DNA from: Auanema rhodensis
Lineage: Eukaryota > Animalia > Nematoda
Length of the DNA: 64,000 nucleotides
Assembly (NCBI GenBank): GCA_964057225.1
Contig: OZ059895.1
Span: forward strand, 17,732,001-17,796,000
Direction: 5' to 3'
The stretch's first letter is position 1. Every line of letters begins with the position of its first letter. Positions 23,718 to 39,903 of the stretch are shown here, in pieces. The notes beneath the pieces were generated by a model that saw only the letters and a list, made by a program, of their open reading frames with translations, searched no databases and was not told the origin of the DNA. The translations under genes were made by a program, and so were the position numbers.

Positions 23718-26700
23718 CGCTTAAAATGAATTTTTTTTAAAGTTATGATCAGAGGTTCTAAATAATTCATAGTGAATCAGTAGGAACATTAGAGATCTTC
23801 ATAATTATAGGAATATAGATAAACAAACTAGAGATAATCAAATTATAGTGAATACATATTTATATAAACTGTAATATATTACATATTGTTTAAATACAAT
23901 GCAAAAGGAGTAAGAAGTAAAATAAGTAAAATAACAAAACTATATTCATAGATGAGTGGCATGTCGGATGAAATATCCAAAAAGGGTTTAATGTTGCTAA
24001 GAACTTTGCAACTAAACGTTGAATTATGATGAAAAAAGCCAGCTAGAAGCGGAGATTCCTCCGCCCCATCCCACCACCAAGAGAACAACGGTCCTCCAGC
24101 AATTTCTGTTTCTCTCATTCATCCTGTTATCTCTATCCTTTCGGTTAATCACTTTCTCCCTCTCCTTTTCCAGACTAGAATATCTCAGTTCGGTCCTTGG
24201 ATAGAGAAAACGGAAAAGAATGTCGTTTTACGATTAGAAAATGATAGAAATATACTTGAATGAACTGTTATTTTTGAATTTAATTAGCACTTGTAATCAT
24301 GATATATCTTTGGAAATCATCTTTTTTAAGTCGAACTATCCACACTCTTTCACGTACTTTCGTTTTTAAAAAAAATATAAATAGAAAAAGTGTAGAAGGT
24401 TTAATGAGATCGTAGATATGTGATCGAGAAAAATTTGGAAAAAGAAAGGAAAATTTAGATGAACGATAAAAACAATCACATAAATGCCATATGGAGTTGA
24501 AAAATAATGGATGAAAAATCTTCAGATAACGGTATTAAGAGAAATATCCTCTAGATTTCGAATGATACTTTTCTGAAAAATTCGAAAAAATAAAAGGAAG
24601 TTTTATTTCAATAAATATACATATGTATATAATGGACACATGAATAAGGACGCTGAAGAGTCCAATATGACAATGAGTACCATTGATTGGATAAGTAGAT
24701 CAAGTCTTGTCTGGCAATGTATCTGTTGTAAAGATAAAAAAACATGCTTTAATCAGGCTTCAATACTCGGAAGACGAACCAGAAAAACAAATTTTATTAC
24801 ATGTTGCAAAGAGTAAAAAAGCATAAGTTTGAATGAAAAACTTGATGCAGCATAGCCGAGATAAGTATCAATAGTATCCGGAGATCTACACCAAAATTAT
24901 ACGAGAAATCGGGAAACTGCAGATAACAAACAACGTTTTTTTGAAAGTATTTGTCATTTTCATCTGCGAAATTCAGAAAAATATCAAAAAAAATGATGAA
25001 AAGTCTGTGCACGTCTGTATGGATGGGGTTGTGCTTCACAAACTCGCTAAGCCAGTTAGCCCTCGCTCTCTCTCTCCTGTCCAACTTTCTGAGAGACTGA
25101 TTGATTAATAACGACGAACGGCTTCCTAATGATGAGAGTCCCGAAAAGAATTCGTATCAAAATAGGATTCTGATAAATTCCGTTGTTCGTTTTCTCTCTT
25201 TCTCCCTTTTTATCTGTTCTGACTGTTCGATCTTCAATATCCAATACTTATACTCATATTCATCGCTGGCTATCTTCAGCCCAACCTCACACCATCTCCC
25301 GAAATCTATCTCTCACTTTCTCTTCGAAACATCACGGAAAAAATTGGACGTAGATGATAGAACAAGAAACATAGTTACCTACATGGATTCAACAGCATTT
25401 TATCTTTAAAATTTAAATCTTTTATAGCATAATTCAAGGCTATAAGCAAATAAAGCTGAAGATCATGAAACCAGGTGAGACATGCGTGTATATCTATCTA
25501 TATCTACATATGCATATCTCTGTGCATCCTGTTTTAAGATGACCAGAGAAATTTATTTAAATGTTTATACGTATGATATTTTCTTATCTATGAAATCAGC
25601 ATGAGTCCTTCCTTATTCATCATATATTTAAAACTAATTTTATCTCTTTTAAATATTAAGAATGCCGAAAAAACCGGCAGTCAACTATGACGTACTGATG
25701 AAGCTTGTTGTCCGAACTGTGTGTCCTCTCTCTATTTTTCATATTATAAATGCAACAACCACCTTATTTCTACTGAATAATTATCTACAGAAAAACCTGT
25801 CTAAAGCTAAAGCTTCATGGGATTAAGCTACATCATAAAGTTGCAGTAGCTTTTTCTCTCTCTCTCTCTCATTAAACATCATTACCTCGATTGAGTAAGA
25901 TATAATGATCACCTTACTCAATAATTTCAGTTTCATTTCGAACTATATATCTTCTTCATTTGGTGGCCTGATTTGTGTCCTTAATAAGAGAAAGCAATTA
26001 TAGCTTTACCATTACTTTCCAGATTTACTAAAATAAAAAATCAAGCAGATGAAAGAAATTCTGAATTTTCGGAACTTTTAAGAAGATAAGATGAAATCAT
26101 ACTTGCTAACGTTTATCATAATCTGAAAAGACTTGAGAGAGATGTACGATTATCAACATCTCGTTAGAATCTTCTTAGGTGTGTGGGTAACAATTAATAT
26201 TACAAGATGAATGGTCACTATAATCTCAACTATCACTCCCTTTTCCCTTATCAACTGTCCCTTTTTGTGTACCTTTGTATGTTCTACTTTCTTCGAATTT
26301 TAACGTTGCTGTTTTATGCTACTAATATCATAATTTCAAAGCTGAAAAGGAAGAAATTGCCAATTTTGTTTATATTCTTGCAGTAATGATGAGAATAAAA
26401 GCTTTTTATAGAGAATATCAATCACTTGTAAGTTGAAGAATACATGAATGAGATAACTGGAAATGAAAAAAACATCATCGCAATGGTAGCAGAAACCCGT
26501 GTAAGTTACGTCAGATAAAGAACAACTTGAGATTAACACTGGGATACACTTATAATTCTTCAAGAGAATAAAGAAATAAGAGATTATCATTCGATTAACA
26601 ACAGTTTTTGATCTCAGAGATTTTCAAAGACTCAATTTAATAATTAAATTTCAAGGATACTGCCTTAAATGGTCACAGGAACCAAAAGACAATTCGGAAA

Positions 26701-27439
26701 CCTACGATCTTCGATGTATAGACCTGCGCTTTTATCACCTGAAGAGAATAGATAATGTTTTTTCCATTAAACCCTTATATGTATTCTTCATTTCTGATCG
26801 TTTGACTTAATAGAATAAGAAGTTACCATCTTGAGAGTTTTTAATTTTTTGAAAGTTTTAAAGTTAAAAAGAAAAAAAGTGAAAGAGCATTTTCTCAAGT
26901 TTACATTTCCTTCTTTTGGCACAGCATGTACGAAAATTAGCTTTATTATTAATTTATTATCATTCAAACTATTAAAATAGTTCGATATTGTGGGATAAAA
27001 ATAAAAAATGAGAGAAGTACAATTACAATATAAATACTGTAAGTGAGGCAAGCACAGAGTATTACAATATTTCTCTCATAGTATTAAAAAGTATTTTTGT
27101 TACTTTTTCAGTTTTTTTCATATCGACTAGACTAGAGTATCAACAGCATAAAAGTGAGCGCATGATGATGCTGCTCTGTTAATTTAAAAAGTTAAAAATT
27201 AGATCAGTAAAATAGCAGAAAACATCAATCTTGTTATTATAGATTCAGATATAGTGCTAATCATATCTATGTAAAAGTTCAAGAAAGAGGTAATTTCGTG
27301 AAGAGCAGCAAGAAACATATCTCAGAGATTAAGAAATTATTTTGAATGAAAACCAATGTAGTTACAACAAGAATGAAATATATAAAATTTTCCTAATGAC
27401 TGAAACTAATTGACAAACCCAGGCTAAATGAAGGAAAGC

Positions 27440-30400
27440 TTAGAGACCTCCACAAGCACGGTTGACATTAGGTGTTCCGTGAATTTCATCAAGGTACCCA
27501 ACTAAACGATTAGCAGTTACATGTCCACTCTTTAATCCCGAATAGAGCTGAAAATGAAGACAAAAAGTAGAAGAAATGCAATATTCCCAATATACCTGGA
27601 AGAACTCGGCAATTTCAATTTCGCCATTCTTGTTCAAATCAACTTCATTCAACAACTCGTGCAAGACTCGTTCATCAAGTTTCTGGTTATGCTCCTGTAA
27701 ATATAAGATGAAGTACATAAACTGAGAAAAACAAGGTAAAGTAGAATGTAAAACTAACTCTAAAGTGACGACGAAGATCATTAACTGTAATATGACCTTT
27801 CTTATCCTTATCCAATTGATTAAACCGGTCCTTGGCGGCTTGCATCTCAGCTCTAAAAACAAAAATTAAACATCAGAGCTCATTAGAGACTAATTAAGAG
27901 AAGATAAAGGGTATAAAAACAGCAACCAATATCAAGAGTATAATATTACTTGGTAAGGTTGACGGCAACATTGCTAACAGCATTAGTTTTCGCTAATTGA
28001 CCCATTTCCAGATCAATAAAGTGACGAGCTTTTTCCAACTGAGATCTCTGTTCAGCAGAAGACCATCCAAGTTCTTCTCCCATAATACGAACAACCTGAA
28101 AACCATAAATGTTCGGAGCATCTGGTTAGTTAACCACCTCTGGTAAAACTTCTTGAGCAGCATAAGTATTTAAGAAAGCAAGACGCATTCTTCGAGCAAT
28201 AACATCGACAGCAGTGCAAGCATACTCCTTGATAGCATATCGAACCTAGGTAAAAAATGTTAAAAAGAAAAAAAAAGCCGTACATACCTCAGCATCCAAA
28301 TATGGGAATTCGGGATGAAGTCTAGTTCCGACAATTGGCCATCTCTTTCCAGTCATTTTGCACATACGAGCAACAACAAAAGCACGATCTCCGTATGTTG
28401 AAGCAAGATGTTGAGCAACCTATTAATGGATAAAATGAAGTTCTATCTAGAATGTAAGATGAAAATACATCAACTTCCATTCCGTAATCTTGTACAAGAT
28501 GAATATATAGAAGATGATTCCACTCGTGAGCACCTTCAAGCATAAGTCCGGGAGTAACACATCCACTCTTTGGTTTCAAGTCATGAGTCTGAATGTGATA
28601 TGAGAACCAATGGAGCGAAACAAGTTGAACAGTACCTTAACACAAGTATCAACGGTTTCTTCAGCCATGTGTCGATAGGTTGTCCATTTTCCTCCGGCAA
28701 TGGTAATTAATCCACTCTCGGAAACCTGAAGAGCATTTGGTAAACTGAATTAGATGAGTCGATAACCTCGATAATATGATTACGAGCTAAGCTTTTGGTG
28801 TCTTTCTTATTGGGGTCACGCACAAGAGGACGAAGTCCAGCCCAAGCAGACATTACATCTCCACGACGAACTGTAACATCTTTGGAAAGATATCCACGAA
28901 TTTCCTACAACATAGTGTAAAATTAATATTTAAAAAATAGATTAATCTCAACCTGCAATATGAATTCGATATCCTGGTCAGTAGGGGTAGGTGAATGGGT
29001 AAGTTCAGATGGAGCATCAGTTGTTCCCGCAATAGTCATTTTCTCCCATGGAAGGAAGAAAATAACACGTCCATCGGATGTGCTGGGGTCGAGAAGGCCA
29101 GTACTTGATGGACTGAAATCAACAAAATAACAAGTTTAAATAGATAGAATACGCCACCTATAATAACCAGGTAACACAATATGTACACCTGAACTTGGTG
29201 CACAAATAGGAGCAGTCTCAGGATCTCCCATTTGTCTAATTGTGTCAGTGAAAGGTCCAGTAGCATTTACAACAGATTTAGCTTTAATATCCCATTCATG
29301 GCCACTCATCTAAAAAAAACTATGTGCAAAACATAGCTGTATTGTAACATACGGTATCTTTAACATGAGCTCCAAGAACTTTACCATTCTCATCTTTCAA
29401 AAGGCGTTCAACTTTTACATGATTGGCGCACTAAAACGAAAAAAAACCATAAAAGTATAATAGATAATGAATTGATACTTTAGCTCCATGACGAATAGCA
29501 GTTAGAATGATTGCTAAATTCATACGAGCATCATTATGCTGTCCATCATAATAAATCAAAGCTCCTTTTAAAGATTCGTTCTTTAACATTGGGAATCTGA
29601 GACAAACTAGTATTGCATCACATGACAATCATAATCGAACCTTTCCATAGCCTTTCCCTTGTTAATAAAGAATGAATTCTTCAATACGCGTTTACCCGAG
29701 ACAAAGTCATAAGCTTTGATACCGACCCAATAGTAAGGCACTTGCCACAATCTGAGAATTGAAATCGTCATATTTCCCAAAACCTGCTTATTGTTTACTT
29801 GTAAATTGGGAGCATAATGGGTAAAGGTGAACTCAAATGAGGTGCAATCTCCAACAAATTCGCCCTCTCAAACAATGCTTCCTATAAAATCAAGATAAGA
29901 ACAATTCGTGGAGTTTTCCCGAAATGTTCTTACCTTCACCATTCTATATTGTTCCAAATCTGCTTTCATAATAGCAGCTTGGAGGTAACGAACGCCACCA
30001 TGAATTAACTTCGTACTTCTGGATGATGTCCCGGATGAAAAATCATCTAATTCCACCAAAGCGGCTTTTAAACCTGAGTTGATAAGAGGAACAATCAAAT
30101 GAGAGCAAAACTAAATATGCTTACCTCTAGCTTGAGCATCAAGAACAACTCCAGCACCAGTAGCGCCACCACCAATGACCAAAATATCGAACTCTTCTCC
30201 AGCCTTTAATACAAACAAAACTGATTACACTTGTATATGCATCAACCTTTAAGCCATCAATGATTTCCTTTCTGGTTGGCAATGCAGAGGAAGGGCGTTT
30301 ATTCAGCTCAGCCAATCTATCTGCATGAGCAGTGCGGAAATAGCTTTGCTGGAAAGAGACAAATATCAAAAAGTTTTAAAACTAAATTTAAACTTCAAAC

Positions 30401-30499
30401 CATTTGATTTTTAAATCTTTTTTCATTTGTAGCATCAATAGCATAAATAGCTAATGCTCCTGTCCCTACAAGGGCTCCTGCTTTGACCCAGCGAGACAT
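27440..30499 (-). CDS. Mitochondrial FAD-dependent glycerol-3-phosphate dehydrogenase (GPD2-like, with C-terminal EF-hands)
   Basis: [12 protein letters not shown] motif, [50 protein letters not shown]-hand DLNKNGEIE and C-terminal RACGGL*. About 16 short canonical introns; the ATG directly follows a TTTCAG acceptor. Confidence 0.95.
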
Positions 30500-33473
30500 C
30501 TGAAACAGAGTACTACATATAGCATAAAACAGTTGGGCATGTGAAGAGAAAATTAAAACATTATCGAGACGGATAACAGCGTAGGATTGTACAGATAGAA
30601 AGAAATACTCGTGATAACAAGGGTAGCGAATGAACATGACTGTTCGATGCACTTTGACCGACCACATTACTCAGCGGCACAGTAAATGACCGTCAAAATA
30701 AACATAACTTATTTGATTAGAAATAACTCATCAGGAGAATAAAAACAACATATCATACCAAAATCTGGTATATTTCAAATTATGATTAATAAAATACCAT
30801 ACTATAGAGAGCAAGGGAAAACAAGTAAGTAAAAAAGTATGGTTCTACAAACTAAATCATCCTAATTACGTTCAAGGTCAAATAAATATGAAGAACTAAA
30901 ACCAAAGGTGGAACTCTACTAATGTGATGTAGTTTCTAGCGTAGCAGATGAAAAGAACTATATGTTCAAAAAATGAGGCTAAACAAGTGGGAATACATGA
31001 AGTTAGGCAGCAGCACAACACTACTTAGTATTGATTTCCAAACATTCGTACTAAAAATATCAAAAATATATTGTGGAAACATTAAGAAAGTATTGTTAAA
31101 CTTTGAAATCGGATGAAACTTATATTTCATTGACTAGTCCATGGTGGAAAAACAATAATTCTCATTGAATCAATACGTTGTAAAGAGGGTACATTCAGGT
31201 TTTCATCTTTAAAAACCAAGAACGAATCCAAGATAGGTGAAAAGCTAAAATATGACGTATGCCCATGGGCTGAGCAATCTCGTTATAAACCATTCAATTT
31301 TCATAACCTGCAGGAAAATAGAACAAGATATAATGATAATCAAGATATTCCACACATGTGAAAGGGAAGATATCAAGGAGTAAACATCGTCAAGGACTTT
31401 AATATATAAACATATGGTCGAATGAATAGTGAAAACCCTAAGCCAAACAAAATCAATACGCTCGTTGCATCCAATTTGAGCCAGGAATTATTGTGATAAA
31501 TCATTCAAATTAACAAGAACATATCGCATAAAAGATAAGAAGTATATGCGAATTTAAAATATATGAATGAAATAATCGTTAGCCAACAAGGCACAGACCT
31601 ACACATGAAACCCAAGAACTGATGATGACTTGTGTTTGGCATGCTGGAAAAAACTGCACGTGAACAACACATGTTCATACAACAAATAGAGGAACAGTCG
31701 TTTTCTAAAGAGCTGAGATTCACAGGAACGTTTGGCTACACTGAAGAAATTTACCAACACAAAGACCGAAGAAAGTTTCAGGTTTTTAAGTGACTACGCA
31801 CCCTACTAGAAGTTGCCAACCCAAATTGAGGTAAGAGTTTTATGTGTTATAACAAGTCAATATCTAAACCTATTTCCAATGGAATTTTAAAAGCAAATGA
31901 AATAACCAAACAACCTGACCGATATGACTACTACAGCGGGACTTGAGCCTTTTGAGCACAACCTTTTCTGATATAAATGCGAGTGAAAATGAAATTAAAT
32001 TGTTTGCGAAAATAGACGTAAATCATACGTGAGCAGAGCCGTTCCATTCACTCTCAGCGTAGTTTTATTTTCACCACAAGGATTCTTATCTCATAACTCT
32101 CATCTTCATCTCTAGATTTTTTAACATATGACCTTTTTACTGTATACAAATATTGATCCCGTCGTTTACACAGACATTGCGCTCCATGAAACGCTCTCCT
32201 CTAGACGCCTTGTACGGGTAATGACCATTGATTACTTCCTCAATCTGTGGATATTCCCTTGTTTTTAAATTATTAAAATCAAAAAATAAACTGTAACCAA
32301 GTAGCTATTCATTTGGATTTTGATCGATCAATTTTACAATCTAAACTTTTCCGTCAATAGCACACTGGTGAGTCAGTGTTTTTCTGTCAAATATCAAACC
32401 CATGGTCAAACAAGCTTATTAATGGGTCACATAATGAGGAATTTACCTGTTCAATATGAACTAATTTTTTGATATAATCGAACTTATCTTATCATTGCTT
32501 TTATCTTTAGTTGTCTTTTATTTAATATGTGGTTTTACATGGCAAAACATTCAATAACTTACATGTATATGTTTAGAATTTCGTTTACAAACTTGTTTCT
32601 TTTCTTTGCTTAAAAGCGCTTAATATAATTGAAACTTCATGAAAATGCCATATTAAAAATAAACTTGCATGGAGTGATGTTCCATCAAATCAAATATGCA
32701 TAATGAAGTGAAGAAGGCTTTGGCAGCTGGTGTCCAGCTCGAGGTCACTCTACCACAGCGATCAATTCCCGCTGTCCTAGCCAATTCTTTCTTTTTCTCT
32801 TTTCCTCTCCTTCTCTCTTCTCACACTTTCATACATCTCACAGCACTGCGTTCTTTCTCTTACCGTCCCCCTCCAACCCACAACACTAACCCCTATTCTC
32901 ATCCAACGACCTTATTCTCTTATTCGGATTTCAACAGAATCGTTGAATTATCTTATTATTTAATTCAAGAGCAGAATTAATCGTATGGTGGTTCTAATCA
33001 TAACATATCATTCTTCATCGATTTTTTGCTCTACCAGACGATTTTGTTGCCTTTTGATACCGCATTGTCAAAAAGCATCAATTTATCATGTTCTATGCCA
33101 TTTTGTTTACAATATTATCATATTCATTATTTTTTGTAGTGCATATTATGCATAAATATATATTATTATTGAACAACTGTTCTATCATGTTTATAGCTCA
33201 GATCTGTCATTGTGACTTTTAAACTGAGTTTGAAACAGCCTCGTTACTCCTTTTTTTTCAGTTCTTATTCAGCCTTTTATTTCAAACTTCATTTTGTTTG
33301 TTTTAAGTTTTGTTTTTTGTTTAGAATTCGGACGGCTAATGTTGTAGTTCATCTTCCGGTGGATGTCAATAAAGCTGTCTAATAAGGTTAGTCTTTTTTC
33401 TTATTACTGCACAGATATCAAGTTTATCGAATATTTTCTAATTGCCTTTATTTATTACTTCTTCAGTTAAGAG

Positions 33474-35961
<2,488 letters not shown>

Positions 35962-36574
35962 TTTATTGCGGATAATATACGTATTTCATTTTTTCAAGCT
36001 GCTATTACCATCAAGAAAATGTAAATTGCCCGCTAGTCTCACTTATTGGTCCTGCCACAAAAAAACCGCCTTTTAACATTTGACCTGAATTGTGTATATA
36101 AAGTTATAATTATTATATTAATATATTTTGTTGAGTTCTTTTACTTTTACTTGTGAATAAAGAAAATGTTGAGAGCAATTAGGGAAAGGAGACTTCACTC
36201 GTATTTAAGCTTCTTATATATGAGTATGAACCTCAAGCATTTAAGTACTTGTGAGTATGGAATGAAGTAAAAGAAGTAGTCCGTGAGAGGGATGAAAGAG
36301 GGAGAAGAGGAAAATCATGCATTAGGCGTTTAATTGATGAAATTTGTGTAGTGAATATAATGCTTATAGACCTTGTGTTGTTGTCGGGAAGAATTTTTTT
36401 TATTACCTTTTACGTTGATTTCCTCACTCCAAAAACAATTAAAAGTTTGAAATCAAATGAGATGGCGTGAAATTTTATGAAGTACTAGTGAGGTGTATAT
36501 ATACTATAAAAATGTTACTAGAAGGCATTGAAGTTGTAATTTCGGTTTGATTTATTTTCGATGAACAAAACATT

Positions 36575-36647
36575 TGATCTCGGGCGGGCTCGAACCGCCG
36601 GCCTTCTGTGTGTTAGACAGATGTGATAACCACTACACCACGAGATC
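36575..36647 (-). tRNA. tRNA-Val (anticodon AAC), left arm
   Basis: Reverse complement of 39558-39630. Confidence 0.96.
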
Positions 36648-36751
36648 GTTGTTAACAGTTTTCAGCTTTTTCCTTATGATTACTACACTCCGGTAATGCG
36701 ACATGTATACAACATATAGAAGAATCATTTATTGGTCTAATATTCAATCGT

Positions 36752-37727
36752 TTAAACAGCAAGTCTGGCTCTCTTGACGGCGCGTCTTCTGTAGCTTGAA
36801 CCAGGATTCTCTGGTTCGGGGGCTGGATGGCCGAGGTCTTTGAGTCCTTCAAGGGAACGGGCAGGGCATGGGCAGTAAGCAGCGTCAGATCCTGGAAGGC
36901 CATTATCTCCTGGTGGTCCACCGGCTCCTGGAATTCCATCAGTTCCTGGTTTTCCATCAAGTCCAGCTGGTCCAGCTTCTCCATCCCGTCCTGGCTCGCC
37001 ATTATCTCCAGGGGCTCCTGGAGCACCAGCAGGTCCGGCTTCTCCGTCAGGTCCTTGTGGTCCTGGAGCTCCCTTTCCTCTAGTTCCATTAGCTCCTGGT
37101 GCTCCGGCGTCTCCGTTAGCTCCATCAGTTCCAGGTGGTCCTTGTTCTCCTGACTCTCCTGGTTCTCCTGGCTCTCCATCTTTTCCTGGAGCTCCATTCT
37201 GTCCAGGTTGTCCGTCTGGTCCAACAGGTCCAGGCTCTCCATCTGCTCCTGGTGGTCCAGCAAGACCTGGTGGGCATACAATGCATTCTTTCTGACTTCC
37301 TGGGAAGAGCAGCTCGGATCCTGGGGCTCCATCTTCTCCTGGAGCTCCAGGGTATCCATCATCTCCTCTTTCTCCTGGAGTTCCTGGAAGTCCTGGGGGT
37401 CCTGGTGGGCAATTATTTGGTTGAGCTCCACATCCGCAAGCATGGTTGGATCTCTTATGTCTTCCGATAAGAGTATGGAAACTTGGAGTAGAACGAGCAT
37501 TGGTAGCAATCATATTAGCCCAGGCATCGTTGGCATAGTTCTATAACAAAGTAGATGAGACACAAGTCTAATCTAAGCAATAGAACCTTGAATTCGCCTA
37601 AATCAGTCAGAGCATCATCGTAGAAAGTACTAATGTCGTTATAGATGTAAACTCCAGTAAATATGATTGGAATCAAGGCCAAACCACTTAGAGCAGTGGC
37701 CACCGTGGCTAGAGATTTCCCAGACAT
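36752..37727 (-). CDS. Cuticle collagen, 2 exons, left-arm copy
   Basis: MSGKSLATVATALSGLALIPIIF...GEFK/NYANDAWANM...[16 protein letters not shown], Gly-[12 protein letters not shown]...RRRAVKRARLAV*. Confidence 0.95.
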
Positions 37728-38477
37728 TCTATAAATCAAATCGTAAAGTATCTGTTTCAAATTGTGATAAATAAAATTTTTAGAACTAACTAATTAGTCT
37801 TTTCATATATTCTATTCTCTCTTATATACTTATGACATGCTTGCCAAATTCTACTTTTTCCCTTCTTGTCTCAAAGCCTGTTCACAGTTTGGAAAAACAC
37901 AACGTAAGACTGTTCTTAATCCTTGCCATATACATTTTCACTTCCATCCCAGATAGCAACTGGATATCAAAGACTAAAACATCTTTTTTCTTTGAAAAAA
38001 ACCTAGTTTTAACACTTTAATAAATGTTCTGTATATGATAAAAATTCTATGAAAATCTCATAAACAGTTTTGTTCCTTTCACACCATAATAATAGATAGT
38101 TGTAATATGCAGATAATATCTTTCTCAACATAAGATATTCAAAAAAAAATTTTTTTTCTTCACAATATTTTTGAGCTTTGCTGGAACCATGCCAGAAAAT
38201 GTCTAAAACTGGATAATCTTCCAGGTTTTTTTTTAAATTTAGATTCGATGATTGAGAAATCGGTGTCTTTCAAACTTTCTGATGGTTGGAAATAGTCTTA
38301 CGTCGTGTTTTTCCAAACTGTGAACAGGCTTTGAGACAAGAAGGGAAAAAGTAGAATTTGGCAAGCATGTCATAAGTATATAAGAGAGAATAGAATATAT
38401 GAAAAGACTAATTAGTTAGTTCTAAAAATTTTATTTATCACAATTTGAAACAGATACTTTACGATTTGATTTATAGA

Positions 38478-39453
38478 ATGTCTGGGAAATCTCTAGCCAC
38501 GGTGGCCACTGCTCTAAGTGGTTTGGCCTTGATTCCAATCATATTTACTGGAGTTTACATCTATAACGACATTAGTACTTTCTACGATGATGCTCTGACT
38601 GATTTAGGCGAATTCAAGGTTCTATTGCTTAGATTAGACTTGTGTCTCATCTACTTTGTTATAGAACTATGCCAACGATGCCTGGGCTAATATGATTGCT
38701 ACCAATGCTCGTTCTACTCCAAGTTTCCATACTCTTATCGGAAGACATAAGAGATCCAACCATGCTTGCGGATGTGGAGCTCAACCAAATAATTGCCCAC
38801 CAGGACCCCCAGGACTTCCAGGAACTCCAGGAGAAAGAGGAGATGATGGATACCCTGGAGCTCCAGGAGAAGATGGAGCCCCAGGATCCGAGCTGCTCTT
38901 CCCAGGAAGTCAGAAAGAATGCATTGTATGCCCACCAGGTCTTGCTGGACCACCAGGAGCAGATGGAGAGCCTGGACCTGTTGGACCAGACGGACAACCT
39001 GGACAGAATGGAGCTCCAGGAAAAGATGGAGAGCCAGGAGAACCAGGAGAGTCAGGAGAACAAGGACCACCTGGAACTGATGGAGCTAACGGAGACGCCG
39101 GAGCACCAGGAGCTAATGGAACTAGAGGAAAGGGAGCTCCAGGACCACAAGGACCTGACGGAGAAGCCGGACCTGCTGGTGCTCCAGGAGCCCCTGGAGA
39201 TAATGGCGAGCCAGGACGGGATGGAGAAGCTGGACCAGCTGGACTTGATGGAAAACCAGGAACTGATGGAATTCCAGGAGCCGGTGGACCACCAGGAGAT
39301 AATGGCCTTCCAGGATCTGACGCTGCTTACTGCCCATGCCCTGCCCGTTCCCTTGAAGGACTCAAAGACCTCGGCCATCCAGCCCCCGAACCAGAGAATC
39401 CTGGTTCAAGCTACAGAAGACGCGCCGTCAAGAGAGCCAGACTTGCTGTTTAA
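38478..39453 (+). CDS. Cuticle collagen, 2 exons, right-arm copy (identical to left)
   Basis: Same protein. The ATG follows a TTATAG acceptor-like site; AATAAA at ~39472. Confidence 0.95.
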
Positions 39454-39557
39454 ACGATTGAATATTAGACCAATAAATGATTCTTCTATATGTTGTATAC
39501 ATGTCGCATTACCGGAGTGTAGTAATCATAAGGAAAAAGCTGAAAACTGTTAACAAC

Positions 39558-39630
39558 GATCTCGTGGTGTAGTGGTTATCACATCTGTCTAACACACAGA
39601 AGGCCGGCGGTTCGAGCCCGCCCGAGATCA
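39558..39630 (+). tRNA. tRNA-Val (anticodon AAC), right arm
   Basis: GATCTCGTGGTGTAGTGGTTATCACATCTGTCTAACACACAGAAGGCCGGCGGTTCGAGCCCGCCCGAGATCA. Acceptor stem GATCTCG/CGAGATC, anticodon loop CT AAC AC, TTTT downstream. Confidence 0.96.
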
Positions 39631-39903
39631 AATGTTTTGTTCATCGAAAATAAATCAAACCGAACTTAAATCACTATTTTACCATAATATGAATACAGCT
39701 TTAAGATGTATTAATGCTTAAAATATATTTACTTCTAATATATTTAAGACAATTGAGCATTTCATAACAAAATTATTTATGTATATTTTTATCTTATGCT
39801 TATAGTATTAAGTTAAGACTTTCGTACAATGCAAGTAACAGTAATGTTTGTAAACATCGTAAGCTCTAACTTTTCAGTAGTTAACATCCTGAAGTTGACG
39901 TGT

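Larger units (their letters stand above)
36541..39664. repeat. Large inverted duplication (palindrome): arms 36541-37911 and 38294-39664, ~380-bp unique spacer
   Basis: Mirror coordinates sum to 76205 and the ORF track gives identical proteins on both arms. By eye the first mismatch is at the inner edge (37901 vs 38304). Confidence 0.97.

Noticed and set aside
25688-25718. In-frame TGA followed by RTDEACCPN, suggestive of selenocysteine or readthrough
   Set aside because: The gene model is itself uncertain, an alternative frame avoids the stop, and no SECIS-like element was recognised.
31620-31717. C/D snoRNA-like box pair (TGATGA ... CTGA)
   Set aside because: No convincing terminal stem or recognisable rRNA antisense element; such boxes occur by chance.
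36257-36280. Sequence resembling miR-1 (tggaatgaagtaaaagaagta)
   Set aside because: It differs from mature miR-1 by indels and no hairpin partner was found.
36652-39553. Long overlapping and antisense ORFs (e.g. 285 aa QDHQE-rich, SW-rich) at the collagens, also at 11.5, 18.3 and 44.5-45.5 kb
   Set aside because: These are shifted-frame and antisense shadows of GGA-CCA-biased Gly-X-Y coding sequence, which lacks stops in other frames.
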